Origin: a virus
IMG/VR virus record: IMGVR_UViG_3300045988_076436
DNA length: 64,000 nt
Strand: one strand, 5' to 3'
Under the pieces are notes generated by a model. That model ran no database searches. It saw only the letters and a program-made list of their open reading frames with translations, and was not told the origin of the DNA. The position numbers were made by a program, and so were the translations under genes. Of this stretch, positions 8,111 to 23,100 are shown one piece after another (within the stretch, counting starts at the first letter, position 1; each line of letters opens with the position of its first letter).

Positions 8111-11100
8111 CTATTGTTGCTTTCCGTTCCTTATCTCATTCACGGCATCCACAAGTTCTTTCTTCTTCTCATTGAGTTCGGCTTCAAGTTCCTTACGTTC
8201 ATCGTCCCTCAAAGTCTGGTCTTTCAACTCCTCGTTGATGTCGTCAATGTCACCCGAATACTCCTCGTAGGTTTCCAAGATGCGGTACTCTGGCGAGTTG
8301 TTCAGCCATGCTATCTTGTCGGCATAGTCAAACACTCCGTCTGCCGTATCGTTCTCGTAGTGGTTCAACCGGGTGCGCAACCGCTCGCTTTCGTTCTTTA
8401 TTCTGAAATACTCGTTGTTGATTGCACGGTACTCTGTACGCTCGTCACCACTCTTGACAAGTCGGTTCAGCAACAGGAAACTGCGAGGGTCATACTCTCG
8501 GTCGCCAAAGACGGTTTCTCCCATCTTTGTGAGTTTGTCAACCGTTGACGATACTCCGCCAAAGACACCGTTCAGCAGGTATTCCACCTGCGCAGGGTTT
8601 ATGTCAATCTTGCCGCTTGTATAGGCATCGCCACCAGTGGCTTCGTTCAGAGCCTTTGAGAGTCCTACCAAATATTTGTTGGCACTCTTGTACGCCTTAG
8701 TCCATTCGGGCATTTCCTTGTTGAAAGGAGTGTCCTTGTATATCGGCATACCAGTCCATCCCTCGTTGGTCATTACTTCCGCAACAGGCTTGACGGCACT
8801 CGGAATGAAAGACTTGAAGCTGCCGCCTCCCTCCATGAAGTCGATAGGCAACATCTGGCTCACTTGACTTGCAATTTGATTGGCAAGTTCACCTGCGGTG
8901 TAGTGTTCCTTGCCGCTCATCGCGCTCACCATCAGCTCACCCATGCCATACATGGCTCTGTATTCCACAGGGAGAGGAATGCTTATCCACGACTCTTTCA
9001 TGCCCGGTGTGCGGAATACGATATTGCTCCTGCGCACATATTCGGGCAAGTTATAGTAGTCGTTCTTGTTCTCATCGTCTCCATCATCACCGCCAATTCC
9101 TGCCATCAATGCACCGAGCAGGAACATTGTGGCGGCTCCTGCAACCGCTTTCTTCGGGTGTCGCTTTGCTTGCCGTCCGAAGTTGGTTGTGCCTTGTATG
9201 GCGGCATTCCAGAACACATAGAAACTGCGGCCAAGTCCCGAGGTGAATGCGGCTACATTGCCGACCTTTTTCTGACCATTCGCACCCATGAACTTTGCGC
9301 CACTGCCTTTCTTGTTGAAATTCACGCTTATCTCCTTGGCATCATAGATGCTGCGGTCAATGGAGCGTTTCATCTGCCGTGAGGTCATAAAGGCGACAAA
9401 ACGTGCGCAGTTCTCCACTGCCCGGTTGTACTCGTCAAGACGCTCACCCAACAAGTCCCAAGCCTTTCTGACTGGCATCTGTCCGCTGTTCTTCTTCAAC
9501 TCACGCTTGATGTCGTTCTTGCGCTGCTCAATGTCACGGATGTTGGCATAGCCTGTCTCACCGCCATTCATCATGAACTGGTGGAACATCTTTTCCGTAT
9601 CATCGTTCATGTCAAGTGTGCCATTGCGCAACTTGGCAAGGAGCGACTTCATCTTGGCAGGGTTCACCTTGGCAAAGTTCTTGTGGAAACGCCATGCGTA
9701 GTTTGGGCTTTCCTTTACCCATACCATTGTGTTGGCATAGAGCGCATCCCTTACAAAGTTCGACACCACGAAGTCGGGGTTTCGTGTGGTGTAGAATGCG
9801 GACAACTGGCGGTTTATGGTTTCTCCCACACGCAGGATTGCACCGATTGCGCCCGATGTGTCATTGTCGGGGTTGGTCTGTCCGTTCAACGCTTGCGCGG
9901 CTCTCGGGTTGCCATTGATGGTGAGGATGATGTCCCTGCCGTTTCTTTTCACAAGCACTTGGTGCTGTCTGAGGTCGCGGCTCTCCAAGACTCTGTACGG
10001 AAATTCGGGATTGTCCTTCTGTTTCTTGAAGTGCGCGGGGTCGTTATATGCGGCTTGCCGTATTGCGTCCTCGAAGTCACGCATCTTGCGCTCCACATCG
10101 CGAGGGCTGTCGTCCTCCTCAATGCGCTCCGTGCCTTGCAGGTCACCCGAGTTGATGGGTTGCCACTCGTCAGTCGCGTCATTGTGCCACAGCCACAAGT
10201 CGCTCACACTCACAAGGTCGCTCGGGTGGTTTAGCGCGAAGTTCAAGAATTTCTGCTTCACTAATGTATTGCGGTTGCCCTGCATTATCGCGCTCTCGGC
10301 CATCGCCTCCATGTTGGCAAACGGGTCGTCGGCCTTGCTCTTGCGTCCCTTGGCGGTTTTGATGGGAGCGTTGAATGCGCTGTGCTTGTCAGAAAGATAG
10401 GCATACGCCTCGTCACTCGTCTTGTCGTCAAAGCCACGCAACGGTATGTAGTTCTTGTACATTCCGCTGATGTCATTGTATGTGGCCTTGCTGATAAGTC
10501 CGCTCTCGTAGGTTTTCAGCAAGGTGGCATAGTTCACTGCGTTCACCTTGTCCCACAAGTCGTTTGTGGCGTGCCGTCCCTCGTAGTCCGTTACCATGCG
10601 CTGTGCCTCATTCTCCGCGTCCACAACATTGTCAGTACCTGTCAAGGCGGTAAGTCCTGCATAGTCGCGTCCTCGGTTCTCAAAGTATAACTCCTCCTCA
10701 CGGTCGTGTTTGCGCTGCTTCACATCGTCAAGCGTGTCTGCCGCATCTTGATCGAGTGGGTCTATGGCTGCGGCTCGCTCAGCCTTGCGCAACTCTATCC
10801 TAAACTCCTCACCAGCTTGCTTCTCGGCTGATCTGCGTGCCATTACCTCGTTACGCTCCAATCCGTGCTTAGCCATCATATAGTCAGTCAACTCAGCACG
10901 CTCGTCCGCTGTCTCAGCAAGTTTCGCCACCTCCTCAAGCATAGGTTTGAACAATGTCTGCGCAAATGCTGTACACTCTGCTTGGTTTACAGAAGAAAGG
11001 CGATTTTCACCAAGATAGGCGTTCTCATATCCAGCTACGTCCTCTATGTAAGCCTTTTTGCCCTCTGCTTTGAGTATTGCGTCCATAGCCTCTTTCAGAC

Positions 11101-14100
11101 CGAGCATACTATCTTGCAGAGCCTCCTGCGTCTGGTACATTCCACGGCTCACACGCTGCTCGTATATGTCACGTGCCATTGCCTTGTTGTACTCCACACT
11201 GTCGCCATCGCGGAACTTCATGCCCCCATCGGGGTCGGTCTCTGGACTATGGTTGTCCTTTGCAAGTCCTGTCTTGTCGTGATACTCGCCAGTATCAAGC
11301 AAATCAGAAATACTTTCTGCAATGGCACTCAATGTTCCCGCAGGTGCTTTGCGAATATCCTCTTTGAAGTAAACATACTCGTTTGCAAACTTCCCATCTT
11401 CTGCATGAAATCTGTTAGGACTTCGTTTAGTCTTGATAACAATGCTTTCGACAGGCTCATCACCGACATTTGCTGCGTTGATGTTATGGTTGCTCACTCT
11501 GATAGTAAACACCTTGCCATTGGGCGTTTCAAATGAGCCATACCCACTTCCAGTGCTGCCTCTTGTCAGACCAAGACTATTGCTTAAATCTGATATAAAG
11601 CCCTTGCTGTCAGTTGTATTCTTGTATGTTTTTGCAACATTTGCAAGTGCTTCTTTGGCTTTCTCACGTTTTTGCTGTACCTTTGCAGCGTGTTCAACAT
11701 CAGTAGGCTCTAAGTGCTTAAGTGCTGCCTCATTGAGTTGGGCACTTTTTTTATGTCCATCACTGAACTTCGTCTCACCAAACCCTGTCTTTCTCCGCAT
11801 TACCTCGGTATCGGCTGCGTCAAACACATCGGGCTTACCTCCGTTCTTTTTGCGCTTGTATGCTTCGTGCAGGACAAACGCCCATTCCTTATCACCCCAT
11901 TTCTTCTTGCCAGGGATTTTCAATCCGTCAAGCAACTTTTGAAGGGCTTTTTGGAGCATGGACTTCAACTTGCCCCAGAACGTAAGTTCCTCGGCACTCA
12001 TCTTCTCAAAGCCTTTCTCACCGATGCGCCCTGCAAGGTCTGCTCCGTATTCCTCCGTGGCATCACGTTTGAACTGCTCGCGCTTCTTGCTTGCCTCGGC
12101 ATGAGCCTCTGCCATGTCCGCATAGTAGGAGGCGTTGCTGTCCTCGCCATTGGCCTCATGCTCCTTGCGCTTCTTCTCGCGGAGTCTGTCCACCTCGGCA
12201 TCGTACATCTTCTGCGCCATGCGGTCAATGCTGTTCCGTATCTCGTCTTTCGACACGCGGTAGAGTTCATCGAGCGCATTGTTCAGTTTCTCCTCTTCGG
12301 GGAACAGCACACGCAGTCCGTCATGCCCCACAACCTCATGGATAAACGTGTTCTCCACATCTGCCATGTTTGCGTTGTTCGGCACAACAATGGTTACTTC
12401 ACCAGTCAAAGGATTAAAGCTGCCTTTCATTCTGCGCTGGCGTGTACTCGGCAATGCGGCCACCTCCTCGTCCGTGCGGATAATGCGCACAGGTGTATGG
12501 AGCCGCTCTGCCAACTCGTTCACACGCTCGGCCATCGCATTGTTCATCGCCTCCTTGGGTTCGCCCACCCACTTGCCAGACATCTTGGCATTGATGCGTG
12601 CAATGTCCTCGTTGGTCATGAATGGTGCGTGTCCCTCGCGTCCGGGGATAACATCACGGTTCTCCATATTCTGCCTGTCAAGTGCAAGGCTTTCTTCGGG
12701 AGTGAGTTCTTTACCGTCCAACTCAAAGCGGTAGCCCATCTTCTCCAACTCTCTGCGCACCTGCGGCACAAAGCGGTTGTAGTCGCGGTGGCTCTTCAAT
12801 GCCTCACGCTTGCCGGGGTGTTTCTTCCAATATTCGTCAATGAGTTTGGCTTCCTCCTCGCGCGTGAGCACTTTGTCTATCTTGCTCCAGCGTGAGAGGT
12901 AGAGCGTGCGGCCGTTGTTCCACTGATGCGCTCCTGTGGGCAGTAGGGCATAGTCGGTATGGAATGGTTCGTCAATCTCCGATTTCGGAATGAGGCTGCG
13001 CACCACAACAAGGTTCGGACGCTTGTACGCCTCGCCAAACTGGGTGTTAAGCGGTGTCTCGATGGCATGGTCATAGGGGTCGTATGCCGCCCACAAGCCT
13101 TTGTCCTCGGGGTTCTTCTTCAAGAAGTATTGCAGCTGTGCGTCCTTGGTCTTGGGTTTCACGAACTTCAATCCGTCATTTATCTGCAACTCTGTGGTTT
13201 TCTTGCCGTCCACCACGATGTAGCCGTTCTTGTTGAGTTCGTCCAACTTGCGCTGCTGCTCCTCGGTGAGTTCCACCTTTGGAGGTGCAGAATAGTTCCA
13301 ACGTCTGCCTTCCAATGTTCTGCGCTCGCCTGTCTCGGCATCGGTAAATGCCATAGGTGAACCCAGTGCATCATCCTCAAAGGCTTGCACATTGCGATAT
13401 ACAGGCACAAGCTCGCTGTCGGGCAATGCCTCCAATTCCTGCGCCTTTGGATCATCGTCCTCAAGCAAACGGAACTTGGTCTTGTCTTCCGTTGTATCGT
13501 CCTCATCGTCTGTGACAATATCGGTTGCTGCCTCCACACTTGCGTCCATCTCGGCATACTTCTTTTCCTTTTCTGCCAACTCCTGTTTCATGGCCTCGGT
13601 GTATTCCTCCAACTGACGCTCGGCTTCTTCGAGTTCCTTACCAAACTCAAACGGTTTGCCCTCACGTGCTTTCAGTTGTTCCAACTCTGATTTGCCACGT
13701 TTCGCCATGCGTGCGGCAATGTCAAAACGCTCTGCGAAGTCCTTACCTGTGATTACATTCTCGGTGATGTCCTCCACGGCATTGCGCAAGAGGGACTGCT
13801 TGACAGGTATGTCGGTCAGTCCGAGTTCGGGGCATGAGTAGGTCATTTTGCGGTGTACCTCGGCAAAGAGCGAACCGCCATTGTTCACCGTTTCACGCGA
13901 CATCTCGGTCTTGACAACGAAGTCATAACCGCCCAACGACAGGGTGAGCGTGTTGGTCTGTGCCGAATTGCCGGGGTTCTCTTTCATGGCCTTTACCGCA
14001 TCGAGGATTTTCTTGTTGTGTTCCTTGATGAAGTCTGCCATGCCGTCCACGGAAGTGAATTTCTGCTTGCCGATGGTTATGTCCGTAAACTTGCCACCAG

Positions 14101-17100
14101 GGAATGCTTTCTGCACGGCAAGCAGATGGGCATTGGCTTCCTCGGCACGCTGCTCTGCCGTCTTTATCTTTCCCTCCAACTTGGGTTTGGCATTGTGGAT
14201 ATAGGTCTGGTCGGCCTCCCACTGCCTCCTGCGGCTCTCGTACTTGCGCACGTTCTTCTCCGCGTTGTTCTTCAGCAGGGCATACTCACTGCCCGAAAGC
14301 TGCGCCACGGTATCACCGAACACATCTTCTTCCTCTTCAAGCACACGGTTGTTCATGCTGTCCTGCATGAGGCGGTCGCCCTCCATCACGCTGTCGGCAA
14401 TCGCTCCCTTGGTTTTGAGTCGCTGATAGGCGGTTACGTCAAGGCTGTCCTCCACACCAAAGCGAAGAACACGCACAGGCTTTCCCCATTTCTTGTGCAG
14501 GTTGCCTTGTCTGAGGATACGTCCGTTGCGCTGCGTGTAGTCCATCGGTCTGTTGGGCGCGTCAAGGTGGATAAGGGTGTGCAGACGCTCCTGAATGTTC
14601 ACGCCTGTACCGAGGGTGGCGGTACTGCCGAGTACCACACGCACCTCGCCACGGTTCACCTTGTCGAAGATGTCAAGTTTCTGCTTTATCTTCATACCTG
14701 CTTTCATTACAACCACTTCATTGGCTGGCACACCCTGCTCAATGAGTTTCCGCTTGATGTCCTCATACAGGTTGAAACCGCTGCGCTTATTCTCGTAGTT
14801 GTCGGCAAATATGGCCACCGTTCCCTTGTAGTCGTTCGTTTCTTTCAGCGAGCGCAGAGTTTGGCGCACGGCCTCGTTGGTCTTGCTCCTTGGGTCATCC
14901 TCCGCATCCACCTGTACCAACCGTGCATCCACTGCCGCTCTTTGCGCTATGCCATACATGGTGAGGGGGATGCTGCTGTTCGCCTTTTTCTCCTTGCCGC
15001 TCATTTCATCAAAGCGTTTGAGTTCATCGCGCACATACTTCATCACGCTGCGCAGGGCGCGTGTCTGTGGCAGATAGATGTCTTGTGCCTTGCCGCCCTC
15101 CATTTCGGGTATTTTCTTCACCAACTCGGTTTGCTCCTTGGTCAGCGCAGTGTCTGAAACACTTGACCAGATACGCACCAGTTCGGGCATATTTGTATAT
15201 CCTGCAAAACGGTTCACCTCCTCAAATCTGCCACTTGTCTTGAATTCGGGCATCTGCTGTATGTTGCCGAAGTTGCGCACGAAGTCGTCAAAGTAGTAGA
15301 TACCGTACTCCTTCATGGTGTCCTTTGGCATGAGGTAGCGCATGAAAGTCCATATCTCTGCGGCTGTGTTGCTGATAGGCGTACCAGTGGCGAAGATGAC
15401 GTTACGTCCGTTGTTCTTCTCCAACACGGCCTGTGTCTTTAGATACACGCCTTGCGACTTCTTGCTGTACGATGGGTCAACGCCTTTCACACCGTGCTGC
15501 ATGGCTGTGGCAAATCCGAGGTGCTTGTATTCGTGCGCCTCGTCAATGAGCAGTGCGTCAATACCCATATCGTCAAAGTTCTCCACATCGTCCGTCCTGC
15601 GGTCGAGCATTTCCTGTGCCTTGACTGCCGCATTTTGCTTGGCTACGGCTTTCTTCTTCTCGTTGTTGGCGGTGCGCTTCTTCGATATGTCGTCCGACAA
15701 TGCGGCCATTTCCGCTTGCAGGTCGGCCAACTCCTTTTCGGCTCGTCTCGTTATCGGGTCTCTGCCGCTGGTGTCTGCTTCACGCATCTGTTCAAGCACA
15801 AGCATCTTCTCGTCTATCTTGTCTTGGATAAACTGCATCTGACGCTCATCGCTGTCGGGGATTTTATCCAACGTACTTTGTGGAATGATTACCATGTCCC
15901 AATCATTGTACTTTATCTTGGCATAGAAATTCTTTCGTCCCTCCGCGTTGCGGTCATTATCATCAAGCACAAGCACCTTGGCATTGGGGTATAGTTCCTT
16001 GGCCGAGGCAGCAAACTGGCCTACGGTGGCGTTCTGTACCACAATCATAGGTTTGTGTGCCGTGCCGAGTCTGCGCATCTCCATAGCGGTGGAGATAAGG
16101 GTGAAGGTCTTGCCCGTGCCTACCTCATGGGCGAGCAACAGCGGCTGCATGGTGCCGCGCACGATGGCCTTGCCTTGGTGTGGGCGCATCTTGAACTTGT
16201 GGGTCGCGCCTCCGAAGTATTCGGGTACGAAGTCATCGGGGATGCTCATTGGCACATAGTTGTTGAAGCGGTCGTTATACTCTTGCTCCATGCGTGCCGA
16301 CAAGTCCGCATCGCTCTGCATCTTCTGTCGTGCCCAGTCCTTGAAGTCCTGCCGTATCTCGTCTATCTTGGCGGCACACGCTGATGTGGCCTCGCGGTCG
16401 GTGATGGTCTCCGTTGTGCCGTCATAGTGTTTCTCTGTGCGTGATACGACAATCGTTTTGTTCTGTATGGCGGCTCCGATGAGTTCATGTCCCATGACGG
16501 TTTTCTTCAGCATCTCGCTCACCACACCCATTGCACGGTTCTTCTCTCCGCTCACATCGTAGGACAGTTCTTTCATGAACCATGTGCCGCCAGCTGCCGT
16601 AAACTGCACGTCTATGTCGGTGCGGTCTTTCACATACTCGTTATAGAGTTTGGGGTCAAGCCATGACGAGCCGAGCGTGAAGTCTATCAAGTGGGCAGGG
16701 ATATTCATCGGCACGACTTCCTGCAATGCCTTGATATTCTTGTCATACTCGCCATTCTCGTTGTTGGCCTCTGCCTGTTTCAGTTTCTCGCGCACATTAC
16801 CGCTCAGATACTGATACGACACTTCCATCTGACGTGAGGTTGGGTCTTCAAAGCCAAGGCCGCTTTCGATGATTTCACGTTTCACCGCATCCTCGCCCAT
16901 ACCGAGCTGCCCGGCAATGTAGGGTACATCAATGCGTCCGTTCTTGAACATGCTCACAACAACTCCGTCCTTGACGTTTTCGGGATGCGGCTCGTTCTCT
17001 TTCTCCACGACACGGCCTTTCATCACGTCTGCCTTGTCGTAGGTCTTGACAACACCGCCCTTACCGTCTCCCTGCTCGTTGTACACTTCCAACGAGAACA

Positions 17101-20100
17101 CGTTAGGATAGTCCACATCGTTGCGCAGCCATGCCAACTGGTTGTTCTTGGTGAAGTGGCCGTAGGTGTTCACAAAGTTGTCGTATGCCTTGTTGAGTTT
17201 GTCTATCAGCGGCCTAAGTCCTGCATCGCCCTCGTTCTCGGTCTGATACTTCATCACATCGGTCAAGGCGGTCTTGATGGCTGAATAGGCGGTGAAACAC
17301 TCCTGCTTGGTGTGTCCCTTTATCTTCTTGTCGTTCACATCAAGCGGATAGTAGCCGCCAAAGCCAGCGGTTACGAGTTTGCCGTCTTTCAGATACATCT
17401 CGCCCAATCGCTTGCCGTCTGCCGAGGCATCATTTACATAAGATGTCTTGTGGCTGTCTGTGGTCTCCACACTGCCGCGTTCTTCTTCCTTGAACGACTG
17501 CACGAAGTCCGTCAGCATCTTGCCTTGGTCTTTACCGCTTACCGGGTAGAGTCCCTTGCTCGTTGGTCTGAACGTGTCGCCCTCCTCAAAGGCAAAGCGC
17601 ATTTCTCCTGCCATGTGGTCGGGGTACTCGATGAAATACTTGTTGTAGTCCATTGAGAGCGGCTTGGCCCTGCGTGCGCCTGGCTCTTGGTATTCTGCTG
17701 TGCGCTCTCCGCTGATGGTGCTTACGTCTATGGCGTTGGCAGACTTCTGACCGTTTACGCGCTTGCGGATAACGATGATGTCCGAGGTTACGGTAGTGCC
17801 GCCAAAGGTCTTGTTGTTCATGCGGAATGCTCCGATAAAGTCCGAACCTCCCTCGTTCACCACCCAGTCACGCAGTGCCTTGCTGTTGTCGAGTGTGCCG
17901 TTTGAGGATATGAAGATACCTAAACCGCCCTCGCGCAACTTGCGCACGTTCTTGGCAATGCAGAAGTCATGGATATTGTGGAACTTCTTTGAGAGGTCGC
18001 TGTCGCCTGTGGTATCGTTCACGCGCAACCCGGTAACGAATGGCACATTGGTGATGGCCAAGTCCACACTGCCGTTGGGTATGCGTGTCTGCTCAAAGCC
18101 TTGTATATCCACCTTGGCATCGGGATAGAGCAATGAGAGAATGCCGCCCGATGTGCCGTCTATCTCGATGGCGTGAATGTCGCTGCGCTCGCTCATGTCG
18201 GTAGGCATCTGGCCGAGGATATTGCCGATACCTGCCGAACCCTCCAAAATGTTGCCGCCCTTGAAACCGAGTTTTCCTGCAATGTCCCAAAGGGTATCGA
18301 CAACATAGGCAGGGGTGTAGTATGCGCTGTTGGCACTCATCACGGCTTGCTCGTAGGCTTCCTCACCAAGCAACTCGCGTATTTTCTTGTTGCGCTCACG
18401 CTGTTTCCAGTCGTAGCCTCCGTCACTGAAAGCGGCTCCAAGTCCGCCCCAACCGCTGAATTGTCTGAGCACACTCATCTGCTCGGAAGTGGCTGTCTCA
18501 CCGCTCTCAAGTAATTCGTGTGCCAACTCAATGGCCTTGATATTGGCTTCTATGCGTCCACCTACTGATGTAGGGGCATGGTCTGCACCGCGTTCCGAAT
18601 GGTTGTTGCGCGTGTTCTTAGGCTCTGTCAGTCCATGAAGTCCAGCGGACTCAGCCCGATTTGTGCCAGTGCCTTGTCCTCCTCGGCCGCCGTCAGGTCT
18701 TCCACTTTCTTGTGCAGCAGCTTTGCGAGTCGCTCTTTCGCCTCTTCGTAGTCCTTGCTGTTGTCCACTATTGTCGGCTTGCACCCCTTGGGAGCGTACC
18801 GCATCATCATTTCGTTGTAATCCATTTTCTTCTGTTTCATCGAACAGCCCGGCAAACAAGTTGCCCACCGTCTGCTCTGGTTTCACTTTCTTCTTCGATG
18901 TCTTTTTCTTCGTTGCTGGTTTTGGCTGCTCTGCCGATGCTGGAGTAGTGGTAGGCTCTGTTGTAGCCTTGGCTGCATTTTTCTCTCGCGCTTCCTTGGC
19001 AATGCGCTCCGCCTTTTGGAAGATGTCCTCATTCTGCGGCTCTGCTTGCGTCTTGTGTCGCAACTGGTCGGGGTGAGCATTTACCCACATGACAGGTGCT
19101 TGGCCTGTGTCTATGCGTATGCCGTCCAACTCGTTAGGCTGTGCCACTACCGCATCATGCCATGTATTGCCATCTGAAGAATACTGCACCTTGTCGCCAA
19201 CTTTGTATTCACCCTTTTTGACATCGCCACGCTCGGGGATATACTTGTATGTGGCACGCTGCACATTCTTCAGCAAGTCGTCATAGGTAACATCTTCTGC
19301 AAACCACATGTTTTGTCCGTAGCGGTCATTACCGCTTGCGTTCGGGTTCTCCACACGGCACATGATACCTGTCACTTCAAGATTATCACCTCTTCTGTCT
19401 GTATCGCCCTTATCGAAAGCTGGTTCAAGTTGGATATTCACATACAACTCCCTGCCCTCGGCCAACGGCAAGTGTATGGTTACATCGCCTCCTGCCGGGG
19501 CAATGTTCGCTACTGCCAACGGCTTTGCCTTGCGGTTGCCTTTCTTGTCGGTCTTGTCGGAATGGGTAGCCTCGTACAGGTCAAGTCCGAGGTCGTCCAC
19601 CAACTGCCCGGCAAGTCTGGCGGCATCGTTCACTGCTTTCTTCTCGGCATTGCGCATATAACCGTATGCCTCGTTGAAGTCTTTCTCCACATGGTCGGCC
19701 TCATAGTAGCCAAGCAGGGCAAGCTGTTCGTTCACCTCTTCGAGGCTGTCATCTACTCTCTCTGCGGCTGCGCTGAGTTCGTGTCTGTCGCTTGAAGTTC
19801 CTGCGAGAGTTTCTGCTTCGCTTGCAGTAGCCTCTGCTTTTTCTGCAACAGCAGCTGTATCTGCTTCTGTTTGCTTGTCATTTTCTTTTCGTTGCTCATT
19901 TCTTATTGCTTTGAGTTCGTTATTTGCTTTGTCGGCTGCGGTCTGTGCCTTGCCCTCCTCAACAATCATGTCGGCTTGGGCAAGCACATCGTGTTGCGGT
20001 TTGTCGAAGTTCTCCACATCAAAGGCTTTCACCTCCTCGTATGTGGTAAGGGCATATTTATCGTAACCGGGAACATACTCCAATCCACCATAGAAAGCCT

Positions 20101-23100
20101 TTAACCACGGACGCACCTTGTCGCCAAGTGCCTTTACCATCATGGAGGCATAGTCACCGAATGACTCGTTGCCACGCTCCACCATTGCCATAGCCAGACG
20201 CTGACCAACGGACATGAGTTTCTGACGCTGCTCTGCGGTCAGTTCTTCGGGATCACGGAACTTCAGCCCTGCATCGCCCTCGTCTGCACCAATGCCGAGA
20301 ATATCACGGATGTCATTCATCAATCCGTTCATTTCCTCGTCACTCACCTCATACTTAGGCTTTTCTGCCTCCTTGGTCGGCTGTTTGGGTTCTTCCTTGG
20401 TTGGCTCTGTCGGCTTTTGTTCTGTCACATCGGCCACCTCAACCTTGTTGGCAGGTTTCTTAGCTATGGTTTTCTTCCGTGTTGCAGGCTTCTTCGGCTC
20501 TACGGCATCGCGCAACTCTTGTGCGGTCAGTGGCTGTGCGTCTGCCACGGCATCGGCATTGCCCACCATGTCTGCTGCTTTCTTCGCGTCCTCCTCACTG
20601 CGGAACATCCAGCCTCCGCTCTTGCGGTCTTTCCAACCGCGTGCAGGAGAAAAGCGTCCCTCGCCAAGTCTCTCCTTGGCAAATTCACTTACGGCACGCT
20701 CTTGGTCGGCTGTCAGTGCGCCATCAAACGTAAGCAGGGATACATCGCTCGCCTTACCTTTCTTATTAGTATAGGTGGTAGGAGTGATGGTATAAGCTGC
20801 ATTGTCTGCATTTCCCGTTGTCGGTGCTGCCGTATCTTCCTTTGCAGGAGAACTTGCCACGGTCTCTTTCTTCACCCCGGCATACTCCGCAAACGGCTTG
20901 GTCTTGCGGTGGCTGCTGTCTATCCACTTCTCGAAATCTTCGAGGTTCGTTGTGGACACGATAATCCTGCGCCCATCTTCCCAACCTTTCTCATAGTTGG
21001 CCAGATAGTCGCTCTTCGCCTCGTCCATGTCGTTAAAGCCAAGCATCACCTTGTGCTCGTCAAACGTGCCATCGGGATTGTACTGGTCCACCACATACAC
21101 CTTGCGCCCGTTCCAACCGTCAATATCATTGGAGAGGAACACATCTATGTGGTCTCCGTCCACGCCCACTGCACCACGAATGTAGCCGTAAGTGTTGTTC
21201 ATCTTGCTTTCCCATTGTTTGCCGTTGGCATCCGTGCCTTTGCGCACACTGCCCTCTGGCTGCTCAATGGTAATGTCGAACGTGCCGACCTGCACATGAC
21301 CTTTCTTGTAGTTGCCGGCCTCTTTCTGTGCCTCGGTGGGTTCGGTGTTCACATCGGCTGATGCGGTCTTTATCTTGGCTGACAACGGCTGCTCCGCTCC
21401 GTCAAGGTGTTTGACAACCTCTTGGAGGTCGCCAAACTGCTTGCCGTCCACCTCATAGTAAGTACCGGGATAGTTCTTGCTCTCGTCTGGAGCGTCCACT
21501 TTGATTACTTCCTTGCCGTCAATGAGGAGTTTCTGCTTGTAGATGTCGCCATTTGCGCTTGGCTCTGTCCACTCCTCATCGGTTTCGGTAATGCGCTTGC
21601 GCAATGCCTCTTCCTCTGCCTCGGCAAGTGTGTCAGTATTTGGTTCTTCTGCCTGTGGAGTATTATCCTGCTTGGCAGGTTCGGTCTCGGCTACTGCTGG
21701 CTGTTGAGGCTCTGCACTGCGTTGTACAGCATCCGCAGTTTGTTCAGTTGCCTCGTTTCCTCCACGCTGTTCTGCCTCGGCTTCTGCGGTGCGCTTGCGT
21801 TCTGCAATGGCTGCATCGACGAGGGCTTGTTGTTCTCTTGGTGTTGCATTTCTGAATAATTCATTTACGTCATTAAGTATTTGTTCCTTGGAACGTACAT
21901 CGCCAGTAAACATATCCAACTGACCACCAGCTGGAGCTACTGCGGCACTATTATAGGTAGAGAGTACTTTGCGCAGGTCACTTGGCTTACCGCTGTTCAG
22001 TATGTCGGCAAGCATCAATACCGTGCCGTCCGTCACTCGGCTGTCTCCGTATTCATCATCAAACAGACCTTGCTCCCTGCCGAATGGCGACACAGGCATT
22101 CCGTCCTTGAAGATGTCGGGGTGTGCGCTCTTGGCTCTTGCCACGAGGTCAACGGCTGCACCCAACTCATTGCTTAGGTCGTAGCCACTTTTGGCGAGTG
22201 TGCGGTTATGGGCTATCTCGTTCAAGCCCATAATGACCGACTGGCGCAATGTGGGTGTACTGATGATATGGCGCACGGCATCGGGCGAAGTCTGAAAGAC
22301 CTTGCCTATAAGCGTGTTCTCGATAAGTTCCTTTCCTGCTGCCGACAACGAATTGCCTGTGCGCATTTCGGGCAGCTGCATCTCGTTGATGACTCCTGCA
22401 CCGAGCAACTGACTGATAGCCGAAGATACTGCCTTGTCGTCTGCGTAGTAGTCTGAAAGGCGGTCAAAGCGGCTTATGTCATTGGTGATGCTCGTGAAAA
22501 CATTGTCGGGGACAATCTTGCCGAGTTTCACCGCGTGCTCTGGCTTGCTCTGTTTCTTCTGCTGTTCAGCGTTGAAACGTGCGAATGTGGTTGCATCGTA
22601 GGGCAGTTGCTCGTCCGGGACAAACACCACACGCGGATGTTTCATACCGTCTATCTGCTCGGGAGTGAAACCGTACATCTGTCCGAACTCGCGCAGATGG
22701 TCGATATACGCCTTGTCTGTTCCCTGCTGAGCTGCAATGTCGCCCGACATGGTGCGGTTGTTGCCCGAAAGCACTACACCGTCCTTGCTCACGATGACAG
22801 GCGACTGCAAGGCGCGGCTGTCGTAATTGTTGGCAATGTCCCTCACTATCCGCTGTGCGTCCGTGTCGCGCTTGTAGTCGCGGTCGTTCACGCTCTCTCC
22901 GTTCTCGTCAATGGGGAAACCCTCGGTCGGTTCAAAGGCGTTGTTGATGTCGTGGCTTGCTGACGCGGCTCCTGCCTCGGTGAGGACGTAATGCCCACGA
23001 ATGGTAGAACCGTCCGCAAGGGTGAGTGCGTTGGGATTGCCCTCCACCTTGGCGGCACCGTTCCACTTGGCCTTTATCTTCGGGTTCACGGCATGAGTGC

